Assembly (NCBI GenBank): GCA_963772835.1
Contig: CAVYYZ010000002.1
Location: 467,710-531,709 of the forward strand
Direction: 5' to 3'
Source: an uncultured delta proteobacterium
GTDB lineage: Bacteria > Desulfobacterota > Desulfuromonadia > Geobacterales > Pseudopelobacteraceae
Length of the DNA stretch: 64,000 bases
The translations under genes were made by a program, and so were the position numbers. This document shows positions 63,528 through 64,000 of this stretch, piece after piece. The notes under the pieces are model-generated. The model ran no database searches. It saw nothing but the letters and a program-made list of their open reading frames with translations, and was not told the origin of the DNA. The number at the start of each line of letters is the position of its first letter. Position 1 is the first letter of the stretch.

Positions 63528-63555
63528 TAAAAAGGCAGAAGGCTAAAAGGCGAAG

Positions 63556-63628
63556 TCCCAACCAGGCAGTTCGACACCGGTCGGGCGGAAAGGCTGCCCG
63601 AACGGGTCAACTGCACGAACCGTTATAT
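63556..63628 (+). other. attC site
   Basis: R'' TCCCAAC; GCAGTT(C)GAC / GTCAACTGC stem with extrahelical base, inner TCGGGC/GCCCGA; R' GTTATAT. Confidence 0.8.
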
Positions 63629-63644
63629 GCAAAGAGGAAATCGA

Positions 63645-64000
63645 ATGAAAAAACGGAACACGGCAATCCTCATATTTGAAGATGTAGAGGTTCTTGATTT
63701 TGCAGGACCATTTGAGGCATTTTCCGTCACAAATGAACTGAGTGACTATTCCCTTCTTAACGTTTATACCGTCGCCAGAGAAAAAGCCCCTGTAACAGCC
63801 AGAAACGGCCTTTCTGTAAATCCTGATTATTCAATTATCGAAGCCCCGCAACCAGATATTCTTATTGTTCCAGGTGGAAGTGGAACTCGACCAATTTTGC
63901 AGCAACAAGACATCCTTGCCTGGATTAAACAGACGTCACAGAGTGCAGAGAAAGTCCTTTCGGTATGCACCGGTGCTCTTCTTCTTGCAAAAGTCGGGCT
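63645..64000 (+). CDS. DJ-1/PfpI family cassette protein, runs off the window
   Basis: Manual translation MKKRNTAILIFEDVEVLDFAGPFEAF...ILIVPGG...LSVCTGALLLAK; GAGG RBS. Confidence 0.9.
   Translation, partial: MKKRNTAILIFEDVEVLDFAGPFEAFSVTNELSDYSLLNVYTVAREKAPVTARNGLSVNPDYSIIEAPQPDILIVPGGSGTRPILQQQDILAWIKQTSQSAEKVLSVCTGALLLAKVG

Overview
Chromosomal window of a Geobacteraceae-like deltaproteobacterium (inferred from gene content and the 16S gene; not searched). 1-28 kb is mostly housekeeping and cofactor genes: nif3-like, tRNA(CAU), EfpL-type efp, queF, NAD-GDH, a B12-mutase accessory cluster, tupBC behind a Moco/Tuco RNA motif, cbiMNQO behind a cobalamin riboswitch, mltD, mutL-miaA-hfq, prmA-rsmE. 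A complete minus-strand rRNA operon (16S-Ile-Ala-23S-5S) lies at 28.0-33.3 kb. 33.9-42.4 kb is an ArsS/rSAM-selenodomain-type redox cluster containing a hidden UGA-recoded PrdB/GrdB-like selenoprotein with a SECIS-like hairpin. glmS, PBP1A, an L,D-transpeptidase, a 6 kb signalling block flanked by a duplicated terminator, and hcp follow. From 57.4 kb to the end is an atypical integron: a long IntI with an extra N-terminal domain, a small divergent gene between intI and attI, a phased array of six 18-bp palindromes just before attI, and at least four attC-delimited cassettes. The most notable observations are this integron architecture, the selenoprotein cluster, and a 125-nt palindromic insertion inside the B12 riboswitch aptamer.
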